Shown: positions 26,762-35,748, counted from the stretch's first letter. The stretch: DNA of 37,231 nucleotides from an uncultured Chlorobiota bacterium (GCA_947311265.1 CAMZKQ010000227.1:1-37231); one strand, 5' to 3'. The notes: generated from the sequence alone by a model not told the origin. Numbers and translations: made by a program.

Positions 26762-28207
26762 ATGAGTTCCGAAGACCAAATAATACAAGAACTTACCGAG
26801 AAAGAATATGATGCTGGATTTTATACAGATATTGAATCCGAGGTTTTTCCGTTAGGATTAAGCGAAGATATTGTACGAAAAATATCTGCAAAGAAAAACG
26901 AACCCGAATTTATGCTTGCCTTTCGGCTAAAAGCCTACAAAAAATGGCTTACTATGCAGGAGCCAGATTGGGCAATGCTTAAATACGAAAAGCCAAATTT
27001 TCAGGACATTAGCTATTATTCAGCCCCCGTAAATACTCCCAAATATAACAGTTTAGACGAAGTGGACCCCGAACTATTAGCTACTTTCGAGAAATTGGGC
27101 GTTCCCCTAAAAGAGCAAAAAATGCTCTCCGGTGTTGCCGTAGATATTGTAATGGACAGCGTTTCTGTACACACCTCATTCAAAGAAACTTTGGCAGAAA
27201 AAGGCATTATTTTTTGCTCAATAAGCGATGCCATACAGGAACACCCAGAATTGATAGAAAAATACATGTCGAGCGTAGTACCAATTACCGACAATTATTA
27301 CGGTGCATTAAATTCTGCCGTATTCACCGATGGCTCATTCGCCTATATCCCAAAAGGCGTGCGTTGCCCTATGGAATTATCCACCTACTTCCGTATCAAT
27401 CAAGGAAATACAGGGCAATTTGAGCGAACGCTCATCGTAGCCGACGAAGGCAGCTATGTAAGCTACTTGGAAGGTTGCACAGCCCTGCAACGAGATGAAA
27501 ATCAGCTGCATGCAGCTATTGTAGAAATCATTGCAATGAAAGATGCCGAAGTCAAATACTCCACTGTACAAAACTGGTATCCTGGCAACAAAGACGGGCT
27601 TGGAGGCATCTACAATTTTGTTACCAAACGAGGCATCTGCAAAGGCGACAACTCCAAAATATCATGGACACAGGTAGAAACAGGCTCTGCCGTTACTTGG
27701 AAATACCCCAGCACAATTTTACTAGGAGATAATTCCGTTAGCGAATTTTATTCCGTTGCCGTTACCAACAACTACCAACAAGCAGATACTGGTACAAAAA
27801 TAATACACATCGGAAAAAACACAAAAAGCACAATCATTTCCAAAGGTATATCCTTGGGGCGAAGCCACAATACTTACCGAGGGCAAGTAAAAATAAACAA
27901 GGGAGCAGATAACGCACGCAACTACTCCCAATGCGACTCCCTACTTATCGGCGGGCAATGCGGTGCTCATACATTTCCGTACATCGACACCGAAAACCCT
28001 ACCGCAACGGTAGAACACGAAGCCACCACCTCCAAAATATCCGAAGACCAAATTTTCTATTGCAACCAACGTGGGCTAGATACTGAAAACGCTGTAAGCC
28101 TTATTGTAAACGGATTTGCAAAAGAAGTGCTGAACAAACTCCCTATGGAATTTGCATCAGAGGCACAAAAATTATTAGCAATAACGCTTGAAGGCAGCGT
28201 TGGATAA
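26762..28207 (+). CDS. sufB: Fe-S cluster assembly scaffold protein SufB
   Basis: 481 aa, with conserved stretches [39 protein letters not shown]...YRGQVKI and [20 protein letters not shown]. Confidence 0.95.
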   Translation: MSSEDQIIQELTEKEYDAGFYTDIESEVFPLGLSEDIVRKISAKKNEPEFMLAFRLKAYKKWLTMQEPDWAMLKYEKPNFQDISYYSAPVNTPKYNSLDEVDPELLATFEKLGVPLKEQKMLSGVAVDIVMDSVSVHTSFKETLAEKGIIFCSISDAIQEHPELIEKYMSSVVPITDNYYGALNSAVFTDGSFAYIPKGVRCPMELSTYFRINQGNTGQFERTLIVADEGSYVSYLEGCTALQRDENQLHAAIVEIIAMKDAEVKYSTVQNWYPGNKDGLGGIYNFVTKRGICKGDNSKISWTQVETGSAVTWKYPSTILLGDNSVSEFYSVAVTNNYQQADTGTKIIHIGKNTKSTIISKGISLGRSHNTYRGQVKINKGADNARNYSQCDSLLIGGQCGAHTFPYIDTENPTATVEHEATTSKISEDQIFYCNQRGLDTENAVSLIVNGFAKEVLNKLPMEFASEAQKLLAITLEGSVG

Positions 28208-28253
28208 ATGGTAAGGTTCAAATTTGAAAAAAGTTTATAAAGACACCTAGATA

Positions 28254-28946
28254 ATGAAACCTAAATTATTAATTTTACCGCTACTGTTACTAATTATTTC
28301 TTCTGCAAACGCACAAAAAACCGAAAAATTTATAACAAAAAACTATTTCGGAATAAAAGCTGGAAGTAATTTTTCGCAAATTAATTTGGATATTATTGAA
28401 ACCAACCCAGTAATTAATTCGCAAGAATTTTTTAATGGAATTTCAGGGGGGCTAGTTTACAAAAACATGGAAGAACAATGGTTTGCCCTACAAATAGAGT
28501 TACTCTATTCTCAAAAATCAGGACAAAACTATTTCGACAAATCTAGCTTACCAGACACTTTAAATATGCCGGCATATATCCCTTATAATCTTACACTTAA
28601 CCAAATTGAAATACCTGTACTTGCCAACCTTAATTTCGGAAAAGGAAACAACAAACTCAACTTCATACTCGGGCCTTATTTTGCATACACGCTCGGGAAA
28701 AAGATAAGCTTTACCAAAGGCACACAGCTTGAAAAAGGGCATTATCCTGCAACTGACCGCAACTACGAACTGGGCGTAAATATAGGCATCGGCTATGGCA
28801 GAATTATCAGCAACGGAATGCTCGAAGCCGAATTTAGATTTACACAAGCATACACAAATATCTACAACACAAAATCAGTAAACAAATCATTAATTTATCA
28901 AACACAAGCACTCACATTTTCAGTAAGTTACTTGTATAATTTATAG
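28254..28946 (+). CDS. Outer-membrane beta-barrel protein (PorT-like family), inserted between sufB and sufC
   Basis: Signal peptide, the motif YFGIKAGSNFSQI, an alternating strand pattern, and a C-terminal ...LTFSVSYLYNL. Confidence 0.75.
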   Translation: MKPKLLILPLLLLIISSANAQKTEKFITKNYFGIKAGSNFSQINLDIIETNPVINSQEFFNGISGGLVYKNMEEQWFALQIELLYSQKSGQNYFDKSSLPDTLNMPAYIPYNLTLNQIEIPVLANLNFGKGNNKLNFILGPYFAYTLGKKISFTKGTQLEKGHYPATDRNYELGVNIGIGYGRIISNGMLEAEFRFTQAYTNIYNTKSVNKSLIYQTQALTFSVSYLYNL

Positions 28947-28996
28947 GTCAGATATTTATTTTCTAAAAATATCTAAAATCTAAAATCTAAACAAAA

Positions 28997-29752
28997 ATGC
29001 TAAAAATAAAAAACTTAAAAGCAGAAATAGACGGAAAAGAAATACTAAAAGGCATAAACCTTGAAGTAAAACCCGGAGAAGTACACGCCATAATGGGGCC
29101 AAATGGCTCAGGAAAAAGTACCCTTGCATCAGTTCTCGCTGGGCGAGATATTTTTAATGTTACCGAAGGCACAATCGAATTTCAAGGCGAAAACTTACTC
29201 GACTTAAACCCCGAAGAACGTGCAAGAGAAGGCATTTTTCTTGCTTTTCAGTACCCTGTTGAAATTCCGGGCGTAAGCATCACCAACTTTATGCGGGCAG
29301 CCGTGGACGAACACCGCAAACACAAAGGGCTTGAACCACTTACTGCAGGGCAGTTCCTAAAGCTAATGAGAGAGAAAAAAGCCCTTGTAGAAATGGAAGC
29401 AAAATTAGAAGGACGTGCCGTAAATCAGGGCTTTTCGGGAGGCGAAAAAAAGAAAAATGAAGTCTTCCAGATGGCAATGCTCGAGCCCAAACTTGCCGTA
29501 CTCGACGAAACCGACTCGGGCTTAGATATTGATGCTCTACGGGTAGTTGCCAATGGGGTAAACAAGCTCAAAAACAAAACCAATGCAAGTATCGTAATAA
29601 CCCACTACCAAAGGCTTCTGGACTACATTGTACCCGACGTTATCCACGTACTTTACGACGGCAAAATAGTAAAAACAGGTGGAAAGGAACTCGCCTTAGA
29701 ACTGGAAGAATTAGGCTATGATGCCATAAAAAAAGAAGCCGATTTAAACTAA
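28997..29752 (+). CDS. sufC: Fe-S cluster assembly ATPase SufC
   Basis: Walker A GPNGSGKST, signature FSGGEKKK, Walker B LAVLDETDSGLD and H-loop ITHYQRLL. Confidence 0.95.
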   Translation: MLKIKNLKAEIDGKEILKGINLEVKPGEVHAIMGPNGSGKSTLASVLAGRDIFNVTEGTIEFQGENLLDLNPEERAREGIFLAFQYPVEIPGVSITNFMRAAVDEHRKHKGLEPLTAGQFLKLMREKKALVEMEAKLEGRAVNQGFSGGEKKKNEVFQMAMLEPKLAVLDETDSGLDIDALRVVANGVNKLKNKTNASIVITHYQRLLDYIVPDVIHVLYDGKIVKTGGKELALELEELGYDAIKKEADLN

Positions 29753-29806
29753 ATATTTAATTTTCACCTCCCCCTTTTTAATTAATAAAGAAACACAAAT
29801 AAAAAC

Positions 29807-30352
29807 ATGAAAAAAATAATTTACGCAATAGCATTTGTAGCACTTATCGCCTCTTGTGGCGAAAACAAAGTAAATAAAGCTAAAGAATCTACAAAAAAAG
29901 TAGCCGACAAAATTACAGAAGTAAAAATAGAAACGCCCAAAAAACTACACGGCGACTCTGTCCTACTTGGTAGTTTTGATGTTGAAATAAAACTTACAGA
30001 AAGGGCCGCAAAAAAATTGAAAGAAGCCAAAGAAACCATTATAATCGCCTTATTTTATACTGCTGACCCCAAGGATAAAACTTCTAACGACTATCTCGAA
30101 AATGGAAATATCACCGTTCTTTCTAAAGATATTGAGTTGCCCGTAGGCACATATACAGCAACAATTCCGGGCTACTACATCAGTAAAGAAAAATTTGACT
30201 CCCTCGAAAAACCAGAAATAACCGTTACTGCAAACATCATTTCAGGACGAAAATCATCAGAATACAACTTACTCAGCTCACCAGAAATAATAGCAAAACC
30301 CATAGAAAAAGTAAAAGGCACAAAAGTAATCTTTGACACAGATTTGATATAA
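29807..30352 (+). CDS. Hypothetical lipoprotein (181 aa)
   Basis: Lipobox FVALIASC at residues 10-17. No recognisable family. Its last 35 nt are duplicated at 30955-30989. Confidence 0.7.
   Translation: MKKIIYAIAFVALIASCGENKVNKAKESTKKVADKITEVKIETPKKLHGDSVLLGSFDVEIKLTERAAKKLKEAKETIIIALFYTADPKDKTSNDYLENGNITVLSKDIELPVGTYTATIPGYYISKEKFDSLEKPEITVTANIISGRKSSEYNLLSSPEIIAKPIEKVKGTKVIFDTDLI
30318..30352 (+). repeat. 35-bp direct repeat, copy 1 (3' end and stop codon of the lipoprotein gene)
   Basis: gcacaaaagtaatctttgacacagatttgatataa is identical to 30955-30989. Confidence 0.9.
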
Positions 30353-30413
30353 CTCCCAATTTATTTTGTTTTTGAACTGTACTCAATAAAAGTCAATTTG
30401 GAATAATAATAAA

Positions 30414-30871
30414 ATGAAAACTTTAGAATTTAAAAAGCTTCCACCACAGGAAAATATAGAAACCGTAAACGTTTATATTGCCTTAAACAAGGCAAGCCGA
30501 GCATTAGCGGAGCTAAAAGGCGAAGTTAAAACTATTCCAAACGAAACCATTTTAATAAATACACTTGGACTTCAAGAGGCAAAAGAAAGTTCGGAAATAG
30601 AAAATATTATTACCACTCAAGACGACTTATTCAAAGCCCAAATTGATAAAAACTTCAAGAATGTAGCAGCCAAGAGCTTGTAAATAACCTTTTTAAACAC
30701 CCTTACACAAAAATTGAATTTATTGAAAACGACTTGAATGTTTCACGGTATACTGCTGCAAGTTACCTCAACAAGCTTGCCAAAGGAAAATATATTGAAA
30801 AAGTAAAAATCGGGAGAACTAATTTTTATATTAATTTACCACTCTTCCAACTTTTGCAGGACATTAACTAA
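30414..30871 (+). pseudogene. Fic-family protein remnant: N-terminal (Fic_N-like) 89 aa joined out of frame to the C-terminal winged-helix ~65 aa, with the catalytic Fic core deleted
   Basis: ORF 30414-30683 (...IENIITTQDDLFKAQIDKNFKNVAAK) stops. The +1 frame from 30674 to TAA at 30869-30871 reads ELVNNLFKHPYTKIEFIENDLNVSRYTAASYLNKLAKGKYIEKVKIGRTNFYINLPLFQLL, a typical Fic-protein C-terminus. No HxFx(D/E)GNGR motif appears anywhere. Confidence 0.8.
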
Positions 30872-30893
30872 ACTAATATGTTTATAAAACACC

Positions 30894-30946
30894 TTTTTTT
30901 CAACACATCTAAAAAACGTGTTGAAAAAACCTTGTTTTTTCAACAC
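30894..30946 (+). other. Three-part mutually exclusive hairpin (T7-CAACAC / GTGTTG-A6 / T6-CAACAC)
   Basis: tttttttcaacac (30894-30906), gtgttgaaaaaa (30918-30929) and ttttttcaacac (30935-30946). The middle arm can pair with either flank. Confidence 0.5.
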
Positions 30947-30954
30947 ATAAAAAA

Positions 30955-30989
30955 GCACAAAAGTAATCTTTGACACAGATTTGATATAA
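30955..30989 (+). repeat. 35-bp direct repeat, copy 2 (37 nt upstream of sufD)
   Basis: Identical to 30318-30352. Confidence 0.9.
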
Positions 30990-31026
30990 ATAAAAAAGAC
31001 CTCAACCAAGGCATAAAAAATACAGA

Positions 31027-32370
31027 ATGAGCCCACAGAACGATTTAACAAAACAAGAATTTCTGCACACCTTAAATGTAGAAAATAAACACATAGCCAC
31101 CCTAGAAGCAAAAAATACCGCTTTAGCGGATATAAAAAAATTTGCATTTCCATCAAAAAATGAGGAAGCATGGCGAAAAACAGATATTCGCCCCATCTTG
31201 CGACACCGCTACAAAAAAGGGCAGCCTGTAAAAGTTTCCCAGCACACTGTCGAAATGTACCGCATCACCGATTTTGATACCGATACACTCGTTTTTATAA
31301 ACGGCCATTTCTCAACAGAACACTCCACCGTACAGCCCAACCAAAAAGGCTTTTTTGCAGGAAGTGCCAAAGTCGCAAAAAACAAATTCCCCGACACCTT
31401 CAAAACCCACTTTTCAAAAGCCGGATTTGAAGACGACAACCTATTTTCGGCCATCAATACTGCTTTCGCAGAAGATGGGTTCTGCATTTTATTGCCACAA
31501 AATTTCATAGCAGAAAAGCCCATTCGTATTCTCAACTTTACCGATGGCGATGACCAGAAAATCATTAACCAAACCCGCAATCTTATTATTGCAGGCAAAA
31601 ATTCGCAAGCCAACATAATCTGTTCATACCACTCATTATCAACAAATTACACACTAAACAATGTAACAACAGAAATTTTTGTAGAGCAAAATGCAAACCT
31701 CAATTTTAGCGTCTTCCAAGGCGAAGGCGATGATGCTTTTCATATCTCTAATACACAAATTACACAACAGAAAAACAGCGTTTATACAGAAAACAGAACT
31801 ACCCTCTGCGGAGCAATCGTACGCAATGCAATATCAGTAAAACTCGCAGGAGAATATGCCGAAACTACCCTCAATGGCTTATATATGCCCGACCGTGAGC
31901 AACATTTCGACAACCATATTTTCATAAAACACGAAGCCCCGCATTGCAAAAGCACACAGCTCTACAAAGGTATTCTGGACAATAAAGCAAAAGCCATTTT
32001 TACAGGAAAAGTATTTGTAGGCAAAAAAGCCGAAAAAACAGATGCCGTACAAGCCAATAAAAACCTACTACTTTCCAACTATGCCAAAGCATTCAGCCGC
32101 CCGCAACTAGAGATATACACCGACGACGTAAGTTGTGCCCACGGCTCAACCACTGGGCAGCTCGACAAAGAAGCCATCTACTATATCCGCACACGAGGCA
32201 TCGGCGAAAAACAAGCACAAGTACTTATGACTTACGCCTTTGCAAGCGAAGTTATTAATAAAATAAAAAGCCAACCCTACAAAGAGTACATTGATTATCT
32301 GGTAGATATGCGGCTAAAAGGCGAAAAAGTTACCGGCATCTGCTCACAACAATATTGCCATGGGTGCTAA
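31027..32370 (+). CDS. sufD: Fe-S cluster assembly protein SufD
   Basis: 447 aa. The N-terminal FPSKNEEAWRKTDI and the C-terminal beta-helix region LYKGILDNKAKAIFTGKVFV...QANKNLLLS...RPQLEIYTDDVSCAHGSTTGQLD are typical of SufD. Confidence 0.9.
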   Translation: MSPQNDLTKQEFLHTLNVENKHIATLEAKNTALADIKKFAFPSKNEEAWRKTDIRPILRHRYKKGQPVKVSQHTVEMYRITDFDTDTLVFINGHFSTEHSTVQPNQKGFFAGSAKVAKNKFPDTFKTHFSKAGFEDDNLFSAINTAFAEDGFCILLPQNFIAEKPIRILNFTDGDDQKIINQTRNLIIAGKNSQANIICSYHSLSTNYTLNNVTTEIFVEQNANLNFSVFQGEGDDAFHISNTQITQQKNSVYTENRTTLCGAIVRNAISVKLAGEYAETTLNGLYMPDREQHFDNHIFIKHEAPHCKSTQLYKGILDNKAKAIFTGKVFVGKKAEKTDAVQANKNLLLSNYAKAFSRPQLEIYTDDVSCAHGSTTGQLDKEAIYYIRTRGIGEKQAQVLMTYAFASEVINKIKSQPYKEYIDYLVDMRLKGEKVTGICSQQYCHGC

Positions 32371-32978
32371 AAGCCCTAAGGGCTACCCTACCTTACAGTT
32401 AATGAAAAAGTTATAAAACTAAAGTTTCGGAGTGCTTAGCTCCTTAATATATACTGTATTTATTTTTAATTTGACTTTATCTTATTGATTTATTGTATTT
32501 ATTTACAGGTAGTTACAAAAAGAATTCTTATTTTACGGCTTTTAAAGCAATTAACATTTTTATTATTTTATGTTCTGTTTTTTCTTGGTTAATAATTTTG
32601 CTTATAAAATTGTTAATATCTAAATCTCTTTGTCCAACCTTTTTACGGAAGCATATATCTCTAAAATGGACTTTTAAAATCATAAAAAACACCTTTACCC
32701 AATTTTGTAATTTCCTTAAAATTAGATATAAAAAAAAGAATTAAAAAAGTATCGTCTGATTTTACTCCTTTACTTTTTATTTCAGAAAATTTATTTGACA
32801 GAGCTTTGATTTTAAATCAATCAAAAGCATCAACCAATTTGTCTGAAAATTTTGTTTTAACTACTTCAAAAATAGTAATTTACATTTAATTATGCAACTT
32901 TTCCACACCCCTATCCTACTGATTACTAACCAATTAACACTTCTTAGCTTTTCTTGTAATAGCCTTATTATTAATACA

Positions 32979-33751
32979 TTAACAAGTCCGAAACTTTAGT
33001 TCTTTATTAAAAATCCCAAAAACGGCCGACCCGCTGCCCGACATTGAGGCATAAATTGCTCCATCGGTGTACATTTGTGCTTTTAGTGCTGCTATTTCTG
33101 GGTGTTTTTTTAATACCGTTTTTTCAAAATCATTTTTGATATTATTTTTCCATTGCTCTACTGGTAATTTTATTAACTCTTTAAGTGAGGTTTGGGGCAG
33201 GTTTGGGGATATGCCTGAAAAGGCATCGGGGGTGCTAACAAAAATATTGGGTTGTATTGTTCTAATTTCGTATGGGCTTAAATCTAAGCTAATTGCTGAA
33301 AAAATATTGCCTGTTCCTTGGGCAAAAGTGGCTTTGTTTTGTATAAAAAAAGGGCAATCGCTGCCTAATTTTAGTGCGTAACTTTCTAATTTTTTATCCG
33401 TAATATTGAGCGAAAATAGTTGATTTACAGCTTTTAGCATAAATGCAGCGTCTGCCGACCCACCACCCAATCCTGCCCCTGCCGGAATGTTTTTTTGAAG
33501 TGTTATGCTTAAATTGGGTAATTTAAAGGCTTTTTGCAAAAGCCTAAATGCTTTAACAACTAGTTGTTTTCTGGGTCAATTTTTAAATCCATGCCATATT
33601 GCTCAAATTTAAAACCCTTGCTTTCTGTAATTTCTAGCTTATCTTTTAAAGCTATTGGGTAAAAAATGGTTTCTAAATCGTGAAAGCCATCGGCTCTTTT
33701 TCGGATTATATTTAATCCGATATTGATTTTTGCATTGGGATAAACGACCAT
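32979..33751 (-). pseudogene. ispE: 4-(cytidine 5'-diphospho)-2-C-methyl-D-erythritol kinase (IspE) with a 1-nt frameshift near 33560-33566
   Basis: The N-terminal ORF (33560-33751, MVVYPNAKINIGLNI...KIDPENN*) stops. The conserved continuation LVVKAFRLLQKAFKLPNLSITLQKNIPAGAGLGGGSADAAF (GHMP kinase motif) is in another frame and overlaps the stop. Restoring one base in ...gaaaacaa|cta... gives ENNLVVKA. Confidence 0.85.
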
Positions 33752-33806
33752 TTAATTGGGGTTTTAAGTATTTTCTTTAATTGGGGCAAAGTAATAAATA
33801 TTTTAT

Positions 33807-33814
33807 TAAGTTTG
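33807..33814 (+). promoter_or_regulatory. -7 box candidate TAAGTTTG
   Basis: Matches TAnnTTTG, 22 nt upstream of the ATG at 33836. It overlaps the TTG that the ORF track uses as the start. Confidence 0.35.
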
Positions 33815-33835
33815 TTAAAAAACAAACTTATAGGT

Positions 33836-34264
33836 ATGGAACGTCGGGATTTAATAATGGACGAAATTGAACAGTTGGGGCAAATATTAGAAGCTATTAT
33901 TTCTCGTTATTTTGGCATGAAGAGTAAACCGTACACCTCTGTAAATGAGAGTATTGCCATTGCTAATGTAGCCTTCCTATCCAAAGCAAACCTAGATGTT
34001 GATCAGTTACTTAAAACCCCGATAAATAGGCTTGCTAACTATTTCGATAAGTCCCGTTTTACAAGTAGGCAGCTTGAGATTATAGCTGATTATATAGCTG
34101 ATATAGGAAAAGAAAAGCTACTGCTAAATGCCATAGACAGTCAGCAGAATATCCAAACAAGTATTGAAATTTATAGAATTGTTGATGTATTATCTGAAAA
34201 TTATTCGCTAAAAAGGGCACAGAAAGTTAGCCATTTAAAATGGCTACTTGCTGATTTATTGTAA
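33836..34264 (+). CDS. Hypothetical protein (about 142 aa, helical)
   Basis: ORF with no recognisable motif. I prefer the ATG at 33836 to the TTG at 33812. Confidence 0.55.
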   Translation: MERRDLIMDEIEQLGQILEAIISRYFGMKSKPYTSVNESIAIANVAFLSKANLDVDQLLKTPINRLANYFDKSRFTSRQLEIIADYIADIGKEKLLLNAIDSQQNIQTSIEIYRIVDVLSENYSLKRAQKVSHLKWLLADLL

Positions 34265-34274
34265 ACCGGTGGGC

Positions 34275-35249
34275 TTATGTGGTAAGAATATCGGATACCC
34301 TTATAAGGTCTGCACTTACTGTTCTTGCACCTTTAATGGTTTTATTGAATGGCATATGGATAACTTCATGGTTTTTATAGCCCACCATTACACTTCGCTG
34401 ATTGTCCATAAGTGCATCTACGGCGGCTACTCCTAGGCGGCTGGCTAAAAAGCGGTCAAAAGCCGTTGGCGACCCACCGCGCTGTGTGTGCCCAAGGACT
34501 GTTGCCCTAATGGATAGCTCTGGGAACTCTTTTTTCATGGCCTCTGTAAGCACTACTGCTCCGCCTCCTTTGTTGCCTTCTGCAACAATAAAAATATGCG
34601 ATTTTTTATGCGGATTTTTCTTTATAAAGTGGGTTAGCAGTTTTTCTTGGTTATCAATTTCAGGAATTAAAACGCCCTCTGCCCCTGTTGCAATACCTGC
34701 TCTTACGGCAATAAATCCTGCATCTCGCCCCATTACTTCTACAAAGAAAATGCGGTCGTGCGATGTGGCAGTATCTTTTATTCTGTCTATGGCTTCGGTT
34801 ACGGTATTAAGTGCAGTATCGAAACCGATGGTAAAATCGGTGCCGTACATATCATTATCAATTGTACCCGGAATGCCTACAAATGGTATATCGTACTCGG
34901 CAGAAAATATGCCTGCTCCGCTAAAGCTGCCGTCGCCTCCGATTACAATTACGGCATCAATTTTATTTTTCTTTAAATTTTCGTAGGCTTTTTTTCGTCC
35001 TTCTTCGGTGCGAAATTCGGCACAGCGGGCGGTTCTTAAAATTGTGCCTCCTTGCTGAATGATATGCCCTACGCTCTTGGAGTAGAGGGGGATAAAGTCG
35101 TTATTTATCATGCCTTTGTAGCCTCTTAGAATACCAAAAACTTCTAAATCGTAGGAGAGCCCTGTTCGTACTACGGCACGTATTGCGGCGTTCATGCCTG
35201 GTGCGTCGCCACCTGAAGTAAATACAGCTAATCTTTTTATTCTTGCCAT
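34275..35249 (-). CDS. pfkA: ATP-dependent 6-phosphofructokinase
   Basis: Motifs FTSGGDAPGMNAAIRAV, IGGDGSF, GIPGTIDNDMYGTDFTIGFDTA, VEVMGRDAG and LGHTQRGG. Confidence 0.95.
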   Translation of the reverse strand: MARIKRLAVFTSGGDAPGMNAAIRAVVRTGLSYDLEVFGILRGYKGMINNDFIPLYSKSVGHIIQQGGTILRTARCAEFRTEEGRKKAYENLKKNKIDAVIVIGGDGSFSGAGIFSAEYDIPFVGIPGTIDNDMYGTDFTIGFDTALNTVTEAIDRIKDTATSHDRIFFVEVMGRDAGFIAVRAGIATGAEGVLIPEIDNQEKLLTHFIKKNPHKKSHIFIVAEGNKGGGAVVLTEAMKKEFPELSIRATVLGHTQRGGSPTAFDRFLASRLGVAAVDALMDNQRSVMVGYKNHEVIHMPFNKTIKGARTVSADLIRVSDILTT

Positions 35250-35269
35250 TTCATTGTACTTTTTTTGTT

Positions 35270-35304
35270 CAAAAAAAACAGAAATCCATTTTTAGGATTT
35301 CTGT
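35270..35304 (-). terminator. Rho-independent terminator after the SiaC-like gene
   Basis: 10-bp stem acagaaatcc (35278-35287) and ggatttctgt (35295-35304) with a 7-nt loop. On the minus strand it is followed by T8 (complement of A8 at 35271-35278). Confidence 0.6.
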
Positions 35305-35355
35305 GTTATTGTCATCTAAATTTAAAGTAATCAGTCCTTTAAATTTCTGTTTGTT

Positions 35356-35748
35356 TTAACTTATGGAATTGTCAATCATGTTAATATTAAGCCCTGTAAT
35401 TTCTCTAAAATCATCTATATCTTCCTCAATATCAACATCTTCGGTATCAAAGAACCAGTTAAATGTTACTTTAAAGCCTTTTTGCTGATGAAGTTTTAAG
35501 AGTTGTAAAATATCTAGTAGTTTTTTGGAGGTACTTGTGTTGTAGTAAGCTAGGCGGAGGTTGAAGGTTATTGATTTTCCGGGTAAGCTCATGTATTCAC
35601 GCAACCAGTCTAGAAGTGGCTCGTAAAACTCGTCGGTTTGCTCTATATAGGATTCGCCTGAAAGCTCGCATATCCCAGTAGTGGCATCAAAATCAACTGA
35701 GGGGATGTAAAATTCATCTTCAACAGCTTCTATTTTGAGGTTTCTCAT
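35356..35748 (-). CDS. DUF1987 (SiaC-like) partner-switch phosphoprotein
   Basis: 130 aa. The sequence P.VDFDATTGICELSGESYIEQTDEFYEPLLDWLREY......ITFNLRLAYYNTSTSKKLLDIL matches the DUF1987 pattern. Confidence 0.75.
   Translation of the reverse strand: MRNLKIEAVEDEFYIPSVDFDATTGICELSGESYIEQTDEFYEPLLDWLREYMSLPGKSITFNLRLAYYNTSTSKKLLDILQLLKLHQQKGFKVTFNWFFDTEDVDIEEDIDDFREITGLNINMIDNSIS

Noticed and set aside
26563-26811. 82-aa ORF spanning the sufB upstream region
   Set aside because: It covers the predicted promoter and 5' region, overlaps the sufB start in another frame, and its sequence has no protein-like features.
28971-28991. Three tandem ATCTAAA heptamers just upstream of sufC
   Set aside because: This is a short, AT-rich, low-complexity tract in an intergenic spacer. 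Three copies is too few to claim function, and there are no matching copies elsewhere in the window.
30836-31196. Minus-strand ORFs 30836-31171 and 31002-31196 overlapping the sufD start
   Set aside because: They are antisense to the sufD 5' end and to the hairpin and direct-repeat region, and show no recognisable motifs.
32371-32387. Short hairpin agccc-taa-gggct right after the sufD stop as a terminator
   Set aside because: It has only a 5-bp stem and no following T-run, so it is not convincing as an intrinsic terminator.
32493-32744. 83-aa + strand ORF in the sufD-ispE gap
   Set aside because: It is an extremely AT-rich, low-complexity (I/L/K/F) translation with no plausible promoter context or motif, so it is likely a chance ORF.
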